From an uncultured Methanoregulaceae archaeon (GTDB lineage Archaea; Halobacteriota; Methanomicrobia; Methanomicrobiales; Methanospirillaceae): a stretch of DNA of 64,000 bases. The notes below the pieces were generated by a model. It was given only the letters and a program-made list of their open reading frames with translations, did no database searches and had not been told where the DNA came from. Position 1 is the stretch's first letter. Each line of letters opens with the position of its first letter. The DNA lies in contig CAWJAX010000002.1 in assembly GCA_963841015.1 (NCBI GenBank), positions 384,001-448,000 of the forward strand, read 5' to 3'. Both the position numbers and the translations under genes were made by a program. Positions 1 to 11,082 of this stretch are shown one piece after another.

Positions 1-155
1 ATCTTCTGTTTTTCCAGCATTAGCACATGAGCAAGATCTACAAGAATATCTGCGTCAGCAATACAGCGGTCTGAACGCATTGATGAGAGAAAATGCATCA
101 TCTCCCCCGTCCTCTCACCGGAAAGGCGCCCCAACCTTACAACATCTGTTCGCAT
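1..155 (-). CDS. argH: Argininosuccinate lyase, N-terminal part (runs off window)
   Basis: Manual minus-strand translation from ATG 155: MRTDVVRLGRLSGERTGEMMHFLSSMRSDRCIADADILVDLAHVLMLEKQK, an ArgH-like N-terminus. Purine-rich RBS upstream. Confidence 0.8.
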   Translation of the reverse strand, partial: MRTDVVRLGRLSGERTGEMMHFLSSMRSDRCIADADILVDLAHVLMLEKQK

Positions 156-203
156 CCGTTCCCTCTCCGCTTTTTATTTGTTTACCTATTGATTGTACAG
201 TGA

Positions 204-738
204 TTAAATCCACGCTTTTCGCGCAGCGAGTTCAATCGCCCGCTGCACCGATTCGCGGGGTATTATAGTCGCGACAGGTATACGGACAAGCTGCTCAATC
301 ACACTCGAGAGGATTGGGGCACACACAATTGCCACAGCACCCTCTCGCTCAGCCCTTACAGCGGCCACAATTGCATCTTCCATCGTATGGACCGGATATT
401 CGCGTACTCTCACACGTTGTGCATCCACCTCAGCCGTCCGCTCCTGGATCGTATCAAGGACAGACCTTGCAACAATAAGGCCGATAAATTCCCCTTCAGT
501 TGTACGGTAGAGCTGGCGGAGGGTGTGAATTATTGCGCGCAGTGTGGAAAGGTTGGGCGAGCGTTTCCCGTGCATGATCTTGTATAAGGAGTCTCTGGGC
601 AATTCCGCTTTTTTCTGATAACTCCCTGACACTTATACGGAGGTCATAACGGAGGAGATCATTCAGTGTTCCAACAAATTCCTCGTCTGAGGCAAGTGCG
701 GCACGCGTGAGCCGGTCAATTGGGTCCACTTGTATCAT
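204..738 (-). CDS. XRE-family HTH transcriptional regulator (one frameshift near 593)
   Basis: Two ORFs join into MIQVDPID...ISVRELSEKSGIAQ/SLYKIMHGKRSPNLSTLRAII, a Cro/C1 HTH. Span is 535 nt, one base over a multiple of 3. Confidence 0.8.
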
Positions 739-809
739 ATAATAGATACAATAAGGCCAATTCAAGAAAAATATTTCCTCTCTTGTCCTCGATTTTTTAG
801 ATACAATAA
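730..809. promoter_or_regulatory. Candidate operator in divergent promoter region
   Basis: Palindrome TTGTATC-N8-GATACAA at 730-751 overlaps the regulator start codon. TAGATACAATAA is repeated at 743-754 and 798-809. Confidence 0.5.
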
Positions 810-934
810 CTTTTTTGGACAATTAAGATAATTAATTAACCTTAAAGTAAAAATTTTTGAAGTCTTTTGATACAAAAAGAGAGAAAAAATGTCCATATCG
901 TGCAATTTATGTATTGCCAGAACAATTGTCACCT

Positions 935-2162
935 ATGAAAATGATGAAAATTCCGGTACTGGCGCTCTTTGCCATTACTCTCTTTGTTCTCATTGCCGGT
1001 TGCACGCAACCAGCAGGAACACCCGGCCCGGTCTCCCAGACAAATGTCGGAATCCTGTACAGCAAAGGTGTCGGTCCTATGCCGATGCTCCTTGCAACAA
1101 AACAGATAGACGGGTATATCGCATGGCAGCCTTTTGTCTCGATCGGCACCGAGAGCGGCATTGCCAGGCTTGTCGAGTATTCAGGCCAGCTGCCGCCGGC
1201 TGGAAGCAACATTGATCACCCCTGCTGTATTCTCTTTGCCCGCAATGATCTCCTCGCACAGAACCCCGACCTGGTCACCGCAATGAGTGCGCTCACCCAG
1301 GCTTCAAGTACGTGGATCAATGAACACCCGGCCGAAGCCGCTGAAATTGAAGCAGAATTCCTTGTCGGTAAAGGAAACTTTACCTATGGCAATGTCACTG
1401 TTTCATCCGTTGATGTGCTTAATGATGCGTTCCCCACGGTAAAATACACAAACGTGCCCTCTTCTGAATGGATTGCAGGAACAAAGAACTTTGTCAAGAC
1501 GGAAATTGAGCTTGGCTATATTACGGGCGAATTAAAAAATACGAGTGCAGATCAGCTCAATGCAAAGTTGTTTGCATTCGGACCGTACGAGGATGCAAAG
1601 AAGCAGCTTGCAGCGGGCACCATAAAGACTCCTCCCAAGGCAACCAAACCGATCACAATCGGGTACCTGAATGGTGATATGCACTCTGCAGCCCTCCATA
1701 TTGCTCTAAAGAAATGGCAGTACTTCAACGATACCTATGGCGTAACCCTGAAACCGCGTGACATGTCCCAGGCTCGTCCTGACGTAGCTGACCTTATTGT
1801 CAACGGTGTTCCCGTAGCAGAAATCAAGCTGGTTGGCGGGGATGCCGGCCCCCAGGTTATGCAGATGGCATCAACCGATATTGTGCAGATGGGATATGTC
1901 GGTGTACCACCAACGGTCGCAGCAATCGATAAGGGAACCCCGGTCAAGATTATCCACCCCGTTAATACTGAGGGTTCAGGTCTTGTTGTTGACGTAAATG
2001 CCCCTGTTTCGGACTGGAATAGTTTTGTCACCTGGGCCAACGTACGGTCAGCAGAAGGGTAAACCGTTAAAGATTGCGGCTCCCGGTAAAGGATCAATAC
2101 AGGACGTTATGCTCCAGTATGCATTGAAAGACAGCAATATTACCTACAAGGAAACTTCCTGA
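935..2162 (+). CDS. NitT/TauT (SsuA/NrtA-like) ABC substrate-binding lipoprotein, frameshift near 2058
   Basis: Lipobox-like LIAGC; motifs IDGYIAWQPF, HPCC, IGYL, NTEGSGLVV. Continues in the next frame as GKPLKIAAPGKGSIQDVMLQYAL to TGA 2160-2162. Confidence 0.85.
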
Positions 2163-2171
2163 TCTGTGTGC

Positions 2172-2200
2172 GGGGAATGGTATTCCCCTACACCTTTTTC
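2172..2200 (+). terminator. Intercistronic hairpin with T-run
   Basis: GGGGAAT-ggt-ATTCCCC followed by acctttttc, between the binding-protein and permease genes. Confidence 0.45.
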
Positions 2201-2238
2201 AGTCAGAATACCAACAATTATACAGGAACCAGGTTTCC

Positions 2239-3035
2239 ATGTACCGTATTCTTTTTAAAAATCCGCTGTGGAAAAAATGGTTTTTACGGTTTCTCGTCCC
2301 GATAGCGATCATTGTCGGATGGGAAATATCTGTCAATCGTGCTGAATAACCCATTTATTCTCCCCAGCATAGAATCCGTGCTTGAAGTCCTGCTCCACCC
2401 GTTCAGGGACATCCTGGGAAACGGAAGTCTCTTTGATAACGCGATGATCAGCCTCGGACGGGTTATTCTCGGATTTCTTGTTGCTGCAGCGCTTGCCATC
2501 CCGCTCGGTATCGGCATGGGTCGGTCAGAGACCATTTTCGAGCTCTTCGATCCGGTGATGCAACTGCTTCGTCCTATCCCACCGCTGGCCTGGGTACCCC
2601 TGGCACTTGCGTGGTTCAAGATCGGTCTTTTCTCCATGGTTTTTATCATCGGGCTGGGTGCATTCTTCCCGATCCTTCTCAACACGCTCGATGGTGTGAG
2701 AGGAGTAAAAAAGACATGGGTCGAAGCAGCGGAGATTCTTGGGGCACGTGAAGCGGCAGGTCTTATCCCAGGTAATTCTCCCGGGAGCCGCACCAACCAT
2801 CTGGACCGGGATGCGGGTTGGCTTTGGTATCGCCTGGATGTGCGTGGTTGCTGCGGAGATGATGCCCGGTACAAATTCCGGTATCGGCTACCTGATTATG
2901 TCATCCTACAACTGGGGACAGGTTGAAGTAATTATTGCCGGTATCATTGTCATCGGGATTATCGGGATTGTTATTGATTATGGATTCAAGTTTGTTGACC
3001 AGCGTTCGTTTAAATGGCGGGAGCTTGAACGATGA
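2239..3035 (+). CDS. ABC transporter permease, SsuC-like (two frameshifts)
   Basis: LRPIPPLAWVPL, EAA motif (WVEAAEILGA), VVAAEM. Pieces join across indels near 2328 and 2750. Confidence 0.85.
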
Positions 3036-3793
3036 CCCTGATCATTGACCACTGTCAAAAAAGTTTGCCAAAAACGGCAAGGAGACGGTCGATTCCTTAA
3101 CGGATATCAATGTCAGGATCGATGACGGGGAATTCATCTGCATCCTCGGGCCCAGCGGGTGCGGGAAGACCACGCTCCTGCGTATTGTTGCCGGGCTTGA
3201 AAATCCGACTACGGGAAGAGTCCTGATTGATGATGTACAGATTGATCGCCCCAACCCGAAACTGGGAATGATCTTCCAGGACTATTCGCTCTACCCGTGG
3301 CGCACGGTGAATGAAAATATCGTGTTTGGGCTTGAGCTGCGTGGTGTCGGCAAGGAGGAAAGGGCAAAGATTGCGCAGGAGTACCTTGAACTTGCCAGGC
3401 CTCTCCGGTTTTGGCAACAGTTATCCCTACGAGCTCTCGGGTGGCATGCGACAGCGAGTTGCCGTTGTGCGGGCGCTTGCGGTAGACCCGAGTGTTCTCT
3501 TAATGGATGAACCGTTTGGAGCTCTCGATGCCCAGACACGCAACCGGTTGCAGCATGATCTGCTTGAAATCTGGGACAAGACAAAAAAGACGATCCTGTT
3601 TGTGACGCACAGTGTAGATGAAGCGGTCTTCCTTTCAGACAGGATTGTTGTCCTAACCCCGCGCCCCGGTCATGTCTGCGAGGTCCTGCCGATTGAACTT
3701 GAGCGCCCACGGGACCGTACCAGCGTGGAGTTTGCCAAAATCCGCCGCTATGTCCTTGATCTTATCAACCAGCCAAAGTGCAGCTTCTCGTAA
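3032..3793 (+). CDS. ABC transporter ATP-binding protein, SsuB/TauB-like (two frameshifts)
   Basis: Walker A GPSGCGKT, signature LSGGMRQR, Walker B LLMDEPFGALD, VTH. ATG overlaps the permease stop. Confidence 0.9.
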
Positions 3794-3914
3794 GGTTTAA
3801 TACGCCCCATCTCCATTTTATAAAAGCAGTTTGTGAAGCGTACCGGCACGAATATCTGGTTATATCTGCGTATTAATGCCCGCTTTTAACAATATTTCAC
3901 AGGAGTAGGACGCG

Positions 3915-4655
3915 ATGGTTAGAAAACCGGCAAAGATGTACAGGAACATTTCAAAGAAAGCCTATACGCGACGCGAATATATGGGTGGTGTTCCAGGGAG
4001 TAAAATAGTACAGTTTGAGATGGGAAACCTCTCTCAGGAATTCCCGACAGAAGTAGACCTGGTTGTTGAAGAAGCATGCCAGATCCGGCACAGTGCCCTC
4101 GAGGCAGCCCGAATTACGGTCAACCGCAGGTTAATGAAAGATGTCGGAAGATCAAACTTCCATTTCAAGGTCCGCGTCTTCCCGCACCATGTCCTGCGCG
4201 AGAACAAGCAGGCAACCGGTGCCGGTGCTGACCGTGTTTCTGAAGGTATGCGTCTTGCATTCGGTAAGGCGGTCGGTACTGCAGCGCGTGTGGATGCAAA
4301 CCAGAAAATCCTGACGGTCTACTCGACTCCGCAATACCTGGAAAAGATAAAAGATGCCCTTAATCACGGTGGTCACAAGCTCCCGACACCCTCCCACCTG
4401 AAAGTGAGTGAGATTAAGGTCAGTGGAAGGATAATTGCAGCGCCCAAACTTGTGGGTGAGAAAGTTGTTGCAGCGCCCGTGGTAGAAGAGGCAGCAGCAG
4501 AACCCGCCAAGGGAGCCGAAGCACCGGCCAAGGGTGGCAAGGCAGGAGCAACAGGCAAGGGAGCATCTGCCGCAGCCAAGGGAGCAGAACCCTCCAAGGC
4601 CGCCGATGAGAAGAAGGGCGCAGGTCATGCCAAGGGTGGCAAGGATAAGAAATAA
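3915..4655 (+). CDS. rpl10e: 50S ribosomal protein L10e/uL16 with A/K/G-rich C-terminal tail
   Basis: [10 protein letters not shown]...[12 protein letters not shown]...[27 protein letters not shown]. Confidence 0.97.
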   Translation: MVRKPAKMYRNISKKAYTRREYMGGVPGSKIVQFEMGNLSQEFPTEVDLVVEEACQIRHSALEAARITVNRRLMKDVGRSNFHFKVRVFPHHVLRENKQATGAGADRVSEGMRLAFGKAVGTAARVDANQKILTVYSTPQYLEKIKDALNHGGHKLPTPSHLKVSEIKVSGRIIAAPKLVGEKVVAAPVVEEAAAEPAKGAEAPAKGGKAGATGKGASAAAKGAEPSKAADEKKGAGHAKGGKDKK

Positions 4656-4928
4656 TTTCTTCCTGTTTTATTTTTTCATCAAATACGTATTTTTGCCATT
4701 CCACACAACTCCCGTTTGCCCACGAGCCTGTGTTCTGGTAAGATATCGGTATGGTATAAAAAAAGACGGCTATTTTTGGTAAACCAGGTTTTCTCCAGGG
4801 AATTTCTTTGAGTTTCCAGGAGATTTCCCTGTGGAGATCCCACGGCAGGGACATGCACCAGACGATACCTGCGCCTTGCACAGAGCTGCCCGATCCGCTT
4901 ATTATCCTGCTCTCCTCAGTGTATATTT

Positions 4929-5765
4929 ATGAAGACACCGGATGCTACCGCGATCCACTCCTCGCTTACTGATGCAACCTTCCAGGCATACCGTGATGCT
5001 GTCATCCGCCTTCCGCCGGATGTACTGGAGGTGATCCGGAAGGCAGCCGCTGCCGAGACAAGCCCGGTAGCTCAAGGCGAGTTTGCCAACATCCTGAAAA
5101 ATATCGAAGAGGCAGAGGGTCTTGGAGTGCCGCTTTGCCAGGATACCGGTGTCCCGATCGTGTACCTGACCATTCCCCCCGATGTTCCCCTGACCCTGGG
5201 CATTTATGATGACGTTGCAGAAGGTATCCGCCGCGCAACCCGGGAAATACCGCTGCGTCCCAATGTAGTAGATCCGCGCTCGCGGCACAACACCGGGGAC
5301 AATACCGGTCCGGGAATGCCGGCAATCCACGTCCAGCCAGGGGATAGATTCACGGTAACCGTGCTCCCCAAGGGTGCGGGTGCCGAAAACAGTTCAAGGA
5401 TTGCCATGCTCCTTCCTACGCACCAGTACGGTATAGAAGGGTTCATCGTTGAAACCATGCTTCATGCAGAGGGGAAACCCTGCCCTCCCGTGTTTCTGGG
5501 TATTGGGATAGGGGGGACATTTGATGGCGCAGCAACACTTGCAAAGGAAGCGCTCCTGCTCCCTGTCGACAGGATGGATGACTACGAACAGAAGATCTGC
5601 AATGCAGTGAACCGGCTCGGGATCGGTCCTATGGGACTGGGTGGTGATACGACCGCTCTTGCGGTGAAAGTGAAAACAGCTGCATGCCATACGGCATCCC
5701 TGCCCGTTGCGGTGAATGTTCAGTGCTGGGCACACCGGCATGCAACCGTGGAAGTGAATCGATGA
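4929..5765 (+). CDS. Fe-S fumarate hydratase alpha subunit
   Basis: PLCQDTG, KGAGAEN, KPCPP, CHTASLPVAVNVQCWAHR. Confidence 0.93.
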   Translation: MKTPDATAIHSSLTDATFQAYRDAVIRLPPDVLEVIRKAAAAETSPVAQGEFANILKNIEEAEGLGVPLCQDTGVPIVYLTIPPDVPLTLGIYDDVAEGIRRATREIPLRPNVVDPRSRHNTGDNTGPGMPAIHVQPGDRFTVTVLPKGAGAENSSRIAMLLPTHQYGIEGFIVETMLHAEGKPCPPVFLGIGIGGTFDGAATLAKEALLLPVDRMDDYEQKICNAVNRLGIGPMGLGGDTTALAVKVKTAACHTASLPVAVNVQCWAHRHATVEVNR

Positions 5766-6316
5766 CCGGTAAGACTGTTCAGTTGCATACTCCTCTGGGA
5801 GACGAAGTTCTTTCTCTTTGTGCCGGCGACCATATCGAGCTCTCCGGAATTGTCTATACCGCCCGGGACGAAGCACATATCCGGATGAAGACTGAAGGTA
5901 TCCCGTTTGAACCAAAAGGGGCGGTTATCTACCACTGTGGACCGGTAGTGAAGGATAACAGGATCATTGCTGCAGGTCCCACTACCTCTGCCCGGATGAA
6001 CGATCTCTCTGGGTTCCTCCTTGAGAAAGGCGTGCGGGCACTCATTGGCAAAGGAGGCATGGGTGCTCTTGTGCGTGAAAAGCTGAAAAACCGGGGTGTC
6101 TATCTGGCATTTACCGGAGGCTGTGCTGCACTTGCATCCTCACATATGATCGTAAAAGGTATTTTTTTCAAGGATCTTGGCATGGCAGAAGCGATCTGGG
6201 TGATCGAACTTGATCACCTCCCGCTTGTGGTTGGTATCGATGCAAAGGGCAATGATCTCTTTGATCAAGTCATGCAACGTGCGAAACAGGAATATAAGCA
6301 GATTAGAAAATTCTGA
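5762..6316 (+). CDS. Fe-S fumarate hydratase beta subunit
   Basis: TARDEAH, YHCGP, GPTTSARM, IGKGGM. ATG overlaps the alpha stop. Confidence 0.93.
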   Translation: MTGKTVQLHTPLGDEVLSLCAGDHIELSGIVYTARDEAHIRMKTEGIPFEPKGAVIYHCGPVVKDNRIIAAGPTTSARMNDLSGFLLEKGVRALIGKGGMGALVREKLKNRGVYLAFTGGCAALASSHMIVKGIFFKDLGMAEAIWVIELDHLPLVVGIDAKGNDLFDQVMQRAKQEYKQIRKF

Positions 6317-6391
6317 AACCCGTCCGGGACTGAATATAAAGAATAGGTTTTTTTCACCCCAGCTGCAATAGTATACGATAGGACACTTCTC

Positions 6392-6664
6392 ATGAAACTC
6401 GCCATTGACGAGACCAGGTGCAAGGGTTGTAACCTCTGTACAAAGGTTTGCCCGTATAAGATTTTTAAGGAAGGCAAAAAGCTCAACCGCAAGGGAATAG
6501 CCATTCCGGAACTTGATCGTCCCGAGCGCTGCGCAAACTGCCGGCTCCAGTACCTCTACGGACGGCAGATCTGCGGTGTCTGCCAGCTTACATGCCCGGA
6601 CCAGGCCATTCACTGGATCGTGGAAGAGCCGTATGAACCTCACAAGGTGGTGATTGAATATTGA
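6392..6664 (+). CDS. korD: 2-oxoglutarate:ferredoxin oxidoreductase delta subunit (2x[4Fe-4S])
   Basis: CKGCNLCTKVCP and CANC...CQLTCPDQAI; operon position. Confidence 0.85.
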   Translation: MKLAIDETRCKGCNLCTKVCPYKIFKEGKKLNRKGIAIPELDRPERCANCRLQYLYGRQICGVCQLTCPDQAIHWIVEEPYEPHKVVIEY

Positions 6665-7761
6665 CGCGTACTGAATTCTGGCAGGGTAATACTGCCTGTG
6701 CGGAAGGGGCGCTTGCAGCCGGGTGTAACTTTTTTGGCGGGTACCCCATCACCCCCTCGACCGAAGTCGCCGAACATATGGCGGCAAAGCTCCCCAAGAA
6801 AGGCGGGGTGTTCATCCAGATGGAAGACGAGATTGCAGGGATTGCTTCAATCATAGGTGCTGCATGGACCGGTGCCCGGTCAATGACGGCTACGAGCGGC
6901 CCTGGTTTTTCACTGATGATGGAAAATATCGGGTTTGCCGCGATGACAGAAACACCCTGCGTGATTGTCAATGTCCAGCGGGGAGGTCCCTCCACCGGTC
7001 AGCCGACAATGTCGGCACAGGGAGACATGATGCAGGCAAGGTTCGGCTCGCATGGCGATTACGCGATCATTGCCCTCTGCCCGGCCACTGTCCAGGAAAT
7101 GTACGAGCTGACGGTGAAAGCCTTCAACCTCGCGGACAAGTACCGTGTGCCGGTCTTTTTAATGGCCGACGAGACCATCGGACATATGCGGGAAAAAATT
7201 CTGATCCCGGACAAGGTTGAACGGATCGGGAGAAAACCGCTTGCACCCGGGACACTGCCCTTCAAAGCGGATGCTGACCTGATACCGGGGTTCGGTCAGT
7301 TCGGCACCGGCCACCATGTCCATGTCACCGGTCTTACCCACGACGAACGGGGATATCCCTGTGCAACCAACCCGAAAATGCACTTTGCTCTTGTGCAGCG
7401 GCTGGTGGACAAGATCGAGAAAGCACGAGATGAAATGGCAGACTACGATGTCATCAATCCTGATGCCCTAAAAATCTTCATTGCCTATGGAGCCCCGGTA
7501 CGAACCGTCCAGCAGGTCATGCATGACACGAAAGACAAAGATATCGGATTCCTCCGTATCCGTACCGTCTGGCCATTCCCGGAAAAGGCACTCGCCCGAT
7601 TTAAAAACGCCAGGGCTTTTTTTGTCCCTGAGATGAATCTCGGGCAGATCGCCCGTGAAATCGAGCGGCACGTGAAGGTACCGGTCATCAGCATCCCCAA
7701 GCTGGGCGGCGACCTTCATACTCCTGCAGATCTTGTCGCAGCACTGGAGGCCTACCCATGA
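6661..7761 (+). CDS. korA: 2-oxoglutarate:ferredoxin oxidoreductase alpha subunit
   Basis: GYPITPSTE, QMEDE, TATSGPG, QRGGPSTG; lies beside succinyl-CoA synthetase genes. Confidence 0.9.
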   Translation: MTRTEFWQGNTACAEGALAAGCNFFGGYPITPSTEVAEHMAAKLPKKGGVFIQMEDEIAGIASIIGAAWTGARSMTATSGPGFSLMMENIGFAAMTETPCVIVNVQRGGPSTGQPTMSAQGDMMQARFGSHGDYAIIALCPATVQEMYELTVKAFNLADKYRVPVFLMADETIGHMREKILIPDKVERIGRKPLAPGTLPFKADADLIPGFGQFGTGHHVHVTGLTHDERGYPCATNPKMHFALVQRLVDKIEKARDEMADYDVINPDALKIFIAYGAPVRTVQQVMHDTKDKDIGFLRIRTVWPFPEKALARFKNARAFFVPEMNLGQIAREIERHVKVPVISIPKLGGDLHTPADLVAALEAYP

Positions 7762-8545
7762 CGTTTGAGGACTGGTACCGGCAGGACCGCCTCCCCCACA
7801 TCTACTGTGCCGGCTGCGGGAACGGGACGATCATCAACTGCACACTTGCCGCTATCGACCAGATGGGGTGGAAAAAGGAAGAGACGGTCTTTGTCTCCGG
7901 TATTGGCTGCTCATCCCGTGCTCCGGGTACATCATTACCGACTCGCTTCATACCACCCACGGGAGGGCGCTCGCATTCGCCACCGGTGTCAAGATGGCAA
8001 ACCCAAATCTCAATGTCGTCGTTTTTACCGGTGATGGTGATCTGGCAGCCATCGGTGGCAACCACTTCATCCATTCCTGTCGGAGGAACATCGACATCAC
8101 CGTCGTCTGCATGAATAACCAGATCTATGGGATGACCGGGGGACAGGGGAGCCCGACAACCCCGAAGGGCTGCCTCTCGTCCACCACCCCGTTCGGGTGT
8201 GCGGAGATGCCTTTTGACCTTTGCGAGCTTGCAACGGCAGCCGGGGCAAACTATGTCTCCCGCTGGACTTCCTACCACGTGAAGGAACTGGAAAAGGCAG
8301 TGAAAACCGGTCTTGAGACACCCGGTTTTTCGTTTATTGAAGCCCTTGTCCAGTGCCCGACTGCCTTCGGGCGGCGTAACAAATTCCGGCAGGTCGCAGA
8401 CCATGTCGAATACTTAAAGTCGCACTCGCTCCTGAAAGCAAAACGCGACCGGATGCTCGAGAACCGGGAGAAGGTCCCTGAAGATATGTTTGTTGTCGGG
8501 GAACTCACCAGGAGAAGCCGCCCGGCCATGGGAGTAAAACCATGA
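7758..8545 (+). CDS. korB: 2-oxoglutarate:ferredoxin oxidoreductase beta subunit (frameshift near 7927)
   Basis: CAGCG, SGIGCSSR, TPP motif GDGD...NNQIYGMTGGQ. One G is missing in a G-run. Confidence 0.9.
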
Positions 8546-9081
8546 GGAACGAGGTCAGGTTCTCGGGATTCGGCGGGCAGGGGATCATCCTGTCAGCAGT
8601 CATTATCGGACGGGCAGCCGTGATGTATGACAACAAGTACGCAGTCCAGACGCAGGTTTACGGGCCCGAAGCCCGCGGCGGGGCATCCATGAGTGCAGTG
8701 ATCATTGATAACGACCCAATCCTGTACCCCAAGGTCACTGCCCCTGATATCTACGTGATCATGTCGCAAGAAGGATTCGAAAAATACGGTGTGGATGCAA
8801 AGGAAGATGCAATAATGCTCATCGACACCACGCTTGTTCACTCCCGCCCGAAGTGCCGATGTATCGAAATCCCGGCGACCCGGCAGGCAAAAGAGGTGCT
8901 TAAAAAAGATATCGTGGCAAACATCGTGATGCTCGGGGCACTCGTTGCCTCCACGCACGTGGTATCAGAGACAGCACTGGAAAAAGCAATTCTTGACTCA
9001 GTACCAAAAGGTACCGAGGCACTGAACCAGAAGGCAATGAAGATGGGCTTTGAGCTTGCAGGAGCGCTGTCAGGAGGATAA
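8542..9081 (+). CDS. korC: 2-oxoglutarate:ferredoxin oxidoreductase gamma subunit
   Basis: SGFGGQG, YGPEARGG, NIVMLG. Confidence 0.9.
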   Translation: MRNEVRFSGFGGQGIILSAVIIGRAAVMYDNKYAVQTQVYGPEARGGASMSAVIIDNDPILYPKVTAPDIYVIMSQEGFEKYGVDAKEDAIMLIDTTLVHSRPKCRCIEIPATRQAKEVLKKDIVANIVMLGALVASTHVVSETALEKAILDSVPKGTEALNQKAMKMGFELAGALSGG

Positions 9082-9087
9082 AAAAGC

Positions 9088-10172
9088 ATGAAGTTACGCG
9101 AATACGAGGCAAAGAACGTGTTAAAAGAGGCTGGGATCCCAGTCCCGGCAGGATTTTTGATCAGATCCGCTGATGAACTCGCCCCTCATCTCGGTGCACT
9201 GGGTGATGCCTTTGTGCTCAAGGCGCAGGTGGATGTTGGTGGCAGGGGAAAAGCCGGGGCATCCTGATGGCTGGCAAGGCAGATGGAATAAAGGTGGCAG
9301 AGGAACTCTTCGGAAAGCAGGTCAAAGGCCTGCCGGTAAAAGAGGTACTCGCTGAACAGCGGCTCGGCATCCAGCATGAGTACTACCTCTCAATAACTGT
9401 CGACCGCTCAAGCAAACAGCCCCTTATTCTTTTTACCGAAGCCGGTGGAGTAGATATCGAGATCACCGCAAAAGAGCAACCTGAAAAGATCCGGAGGGTA
9501 ATAGCAAATCCTCTTATGCGGGATATTCCTCACTTCATGCTCCGTGAACTGCTTGGGACAGCGCCAAAGGAGATCGGGCCGATCATCGGCAAACTCTACC
9601 ATGTATTCCTTGAAAAGGATGCACTGCTTGCCGAGATCAACCCACTTGTGACTACCCCGCAGGGTGTATTCGCAGGGGATGCAAAACTCATCATTGACGA
9701 TAACGCTCTTGGCAGGCAGGGATTTACGGTGAACCGCGACCTCACTGACCGCGAACGTGAAGCAGAGAAACATGGTTTCTCGTATGTTGAACTGGAAGGT
9801 TCGATAGGTGTCATCGGAAACGGGGCAGGACTTACAATGTCCACCCTTGACCTCATCGAGTTCTATGGCGGGAAAGCAGCGAATTTCCTGGATGTTGGCG
9901 GCGGTGCCGAGAGCGAGCGAGTGATGAATGCGGTCCGGCTTGTGGGCAGTGTTCCTTCGGTGAAGGTGATTGTTGTCAATCTCCTCGGCGGTATTACCAA
10001 ATGCGATGAGGTGGCTAAGGGTATCATCGCAGCCAATATTCCGCAGAAAGTGATCGTCCGCCTTGCCGGTACCAACGAGGCGGAAGGAAGGGCGATGCTT
10101 TTAGCGAAGGATTACGAGATGCTGGATACGATGGACCTCGTGGTCAAAAAAGCAGTTGAGGTGGCTGCATGA
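9088..10172 (+). CDS. sucC: Succinyl-CoA synthetase beta subunit (frameshift near 9258)
   Basis: MKLREYEAK...KAQVDVGGRGKAGG, EINPL, GNGAGL, NFLDVGGG. Confidence 0.92.
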
Positions 10173-11047
10173 TTTACGGTGATAAAAAGACCGGTGTCCT
10201 TGTGCAGGGTGCAACGGGAAAACAGGGAGAGTTTCATATCGGCCTGATGAATGCCTATGCAAGGCAGGTTGGTGGAAGGGGTGTCGTAGCCGGTGTTACT
10301 CCGGGAAAGGGTGGCAAGGAAGTTCACGGTGTCCCGGTCTACAATACGGTGAGGGAAGCGATGCGGGACCATGATATTTCAGCAAGTGTTATCTTTGTAC
10401 CTGCAGGTGCCGCAGCTGACGCGATCATGGAGGAGGCGAATGCCGGCATCCAGACTATCGTGGCGATTACCGAGCATATCCCGGTCCACGACTCAATGAA
10501 GGCGATTGCCTATGCAAAAATGGAGGGATGCAGCGTGATTGGCCCGAACTGCCCGGGGCTCCTGTCTCCCGGTGAAGTCAAGATGGGGATCATGCCATCA
10601 GGTCTCTTCTTACACGGAAACGTTGGGGTTATCTCACGGAGCGGGACACTTACGTATGAAGTGGTTGACGAGCTTACCCGTGCCGGTATCGGGCAGAGTA
10701 CCGTTGTCGGTATTGGTGGTGACCCGGTCATCGGCCAGACCTTTGTCGATGTTCTCGACAGGTTTAAAAAAGATCCGCAGACAAAAGCCGTGGTCCTCAT
10801 TGGCGAAGTCGGGGGAAACCTCGAAGAAGAAGGGGCAAAATCAACGGACATGCCGATTGTATCGTACATCGCTGGTATCTCGGCGCCTCCGGATAAACGT
10901 ATGGGCCATGCCGGTGCTATAGTCGAGGGAGGAGAGGGTGATGCCCGATCAAAGATCGCCCGACTCAAAAAAATGGGTGTACCTGTTGCATCCCGCCCTT
11001 CGGAGATTCCTCAGATGGTGCGTGATCTTTTCAAGGAACACTGCTGA
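10169..11047 (+). CDS. sucD: Succinyl-CoA synthetase alpha subunit
   Basis: GPNCPG, SRSGTLTYE, phospho-His motif MGHAGA. Confidence 0.95.
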   Translation: MIYGDKKTGVLVQGATGKQGEFHIGLMNAYARQVGGRGVVAGVTPGKGGKEVHGVPVYNTVREAMRDHDISASVIFVPAGAAADAIMEEANAGIQTIVAITEHIPVHDSMKAIAYAKMEGCSVIGPNCPGLLSPGEVKMGIMPSGLFLHGNVGVISRSGTLTYEVVDELTRAGIGQSTVVGIGGDPVIGQTFVDVLDRFKKDPQTKAVVLIGEVGGNLEEEGAKSTDMPIVSYIAGISAPPDKRMGHAGAIVEGGEGDARSKIARLKKMGVPVASRPSEIPQMVRDLFKEHC

Positions 11048-11082
11048 TTACCTCATCTTCATTTTTTCTCCGGGACTGGTAA

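Noticed and set aside
3054-3064. A6G run as a programmed -1 frameshift in the ABC ATPase
   Set aside because: The heptamer is out of phase for a canonical slippery site and the window has many other indels.
4780-4895. Hairpin-rich spacer ending in ttgcacagagctg as a fifth repeat copy
   Set aside because: Only a short end-like match; the internal conserved blocks are missing.
9262-9270. In-frame TGA in sucC (also at ~41203 and ~60179) as selenocysteine or readthrough
   Set aside because: The homologous sequence continues in a different frame, so these are indels rather than recoded stops.
4929-11047. Fumarase-KOR-SCS operon as a novel pathway
   Set aside because: Matches the established incomplete reductive TCA branch of methanogens.
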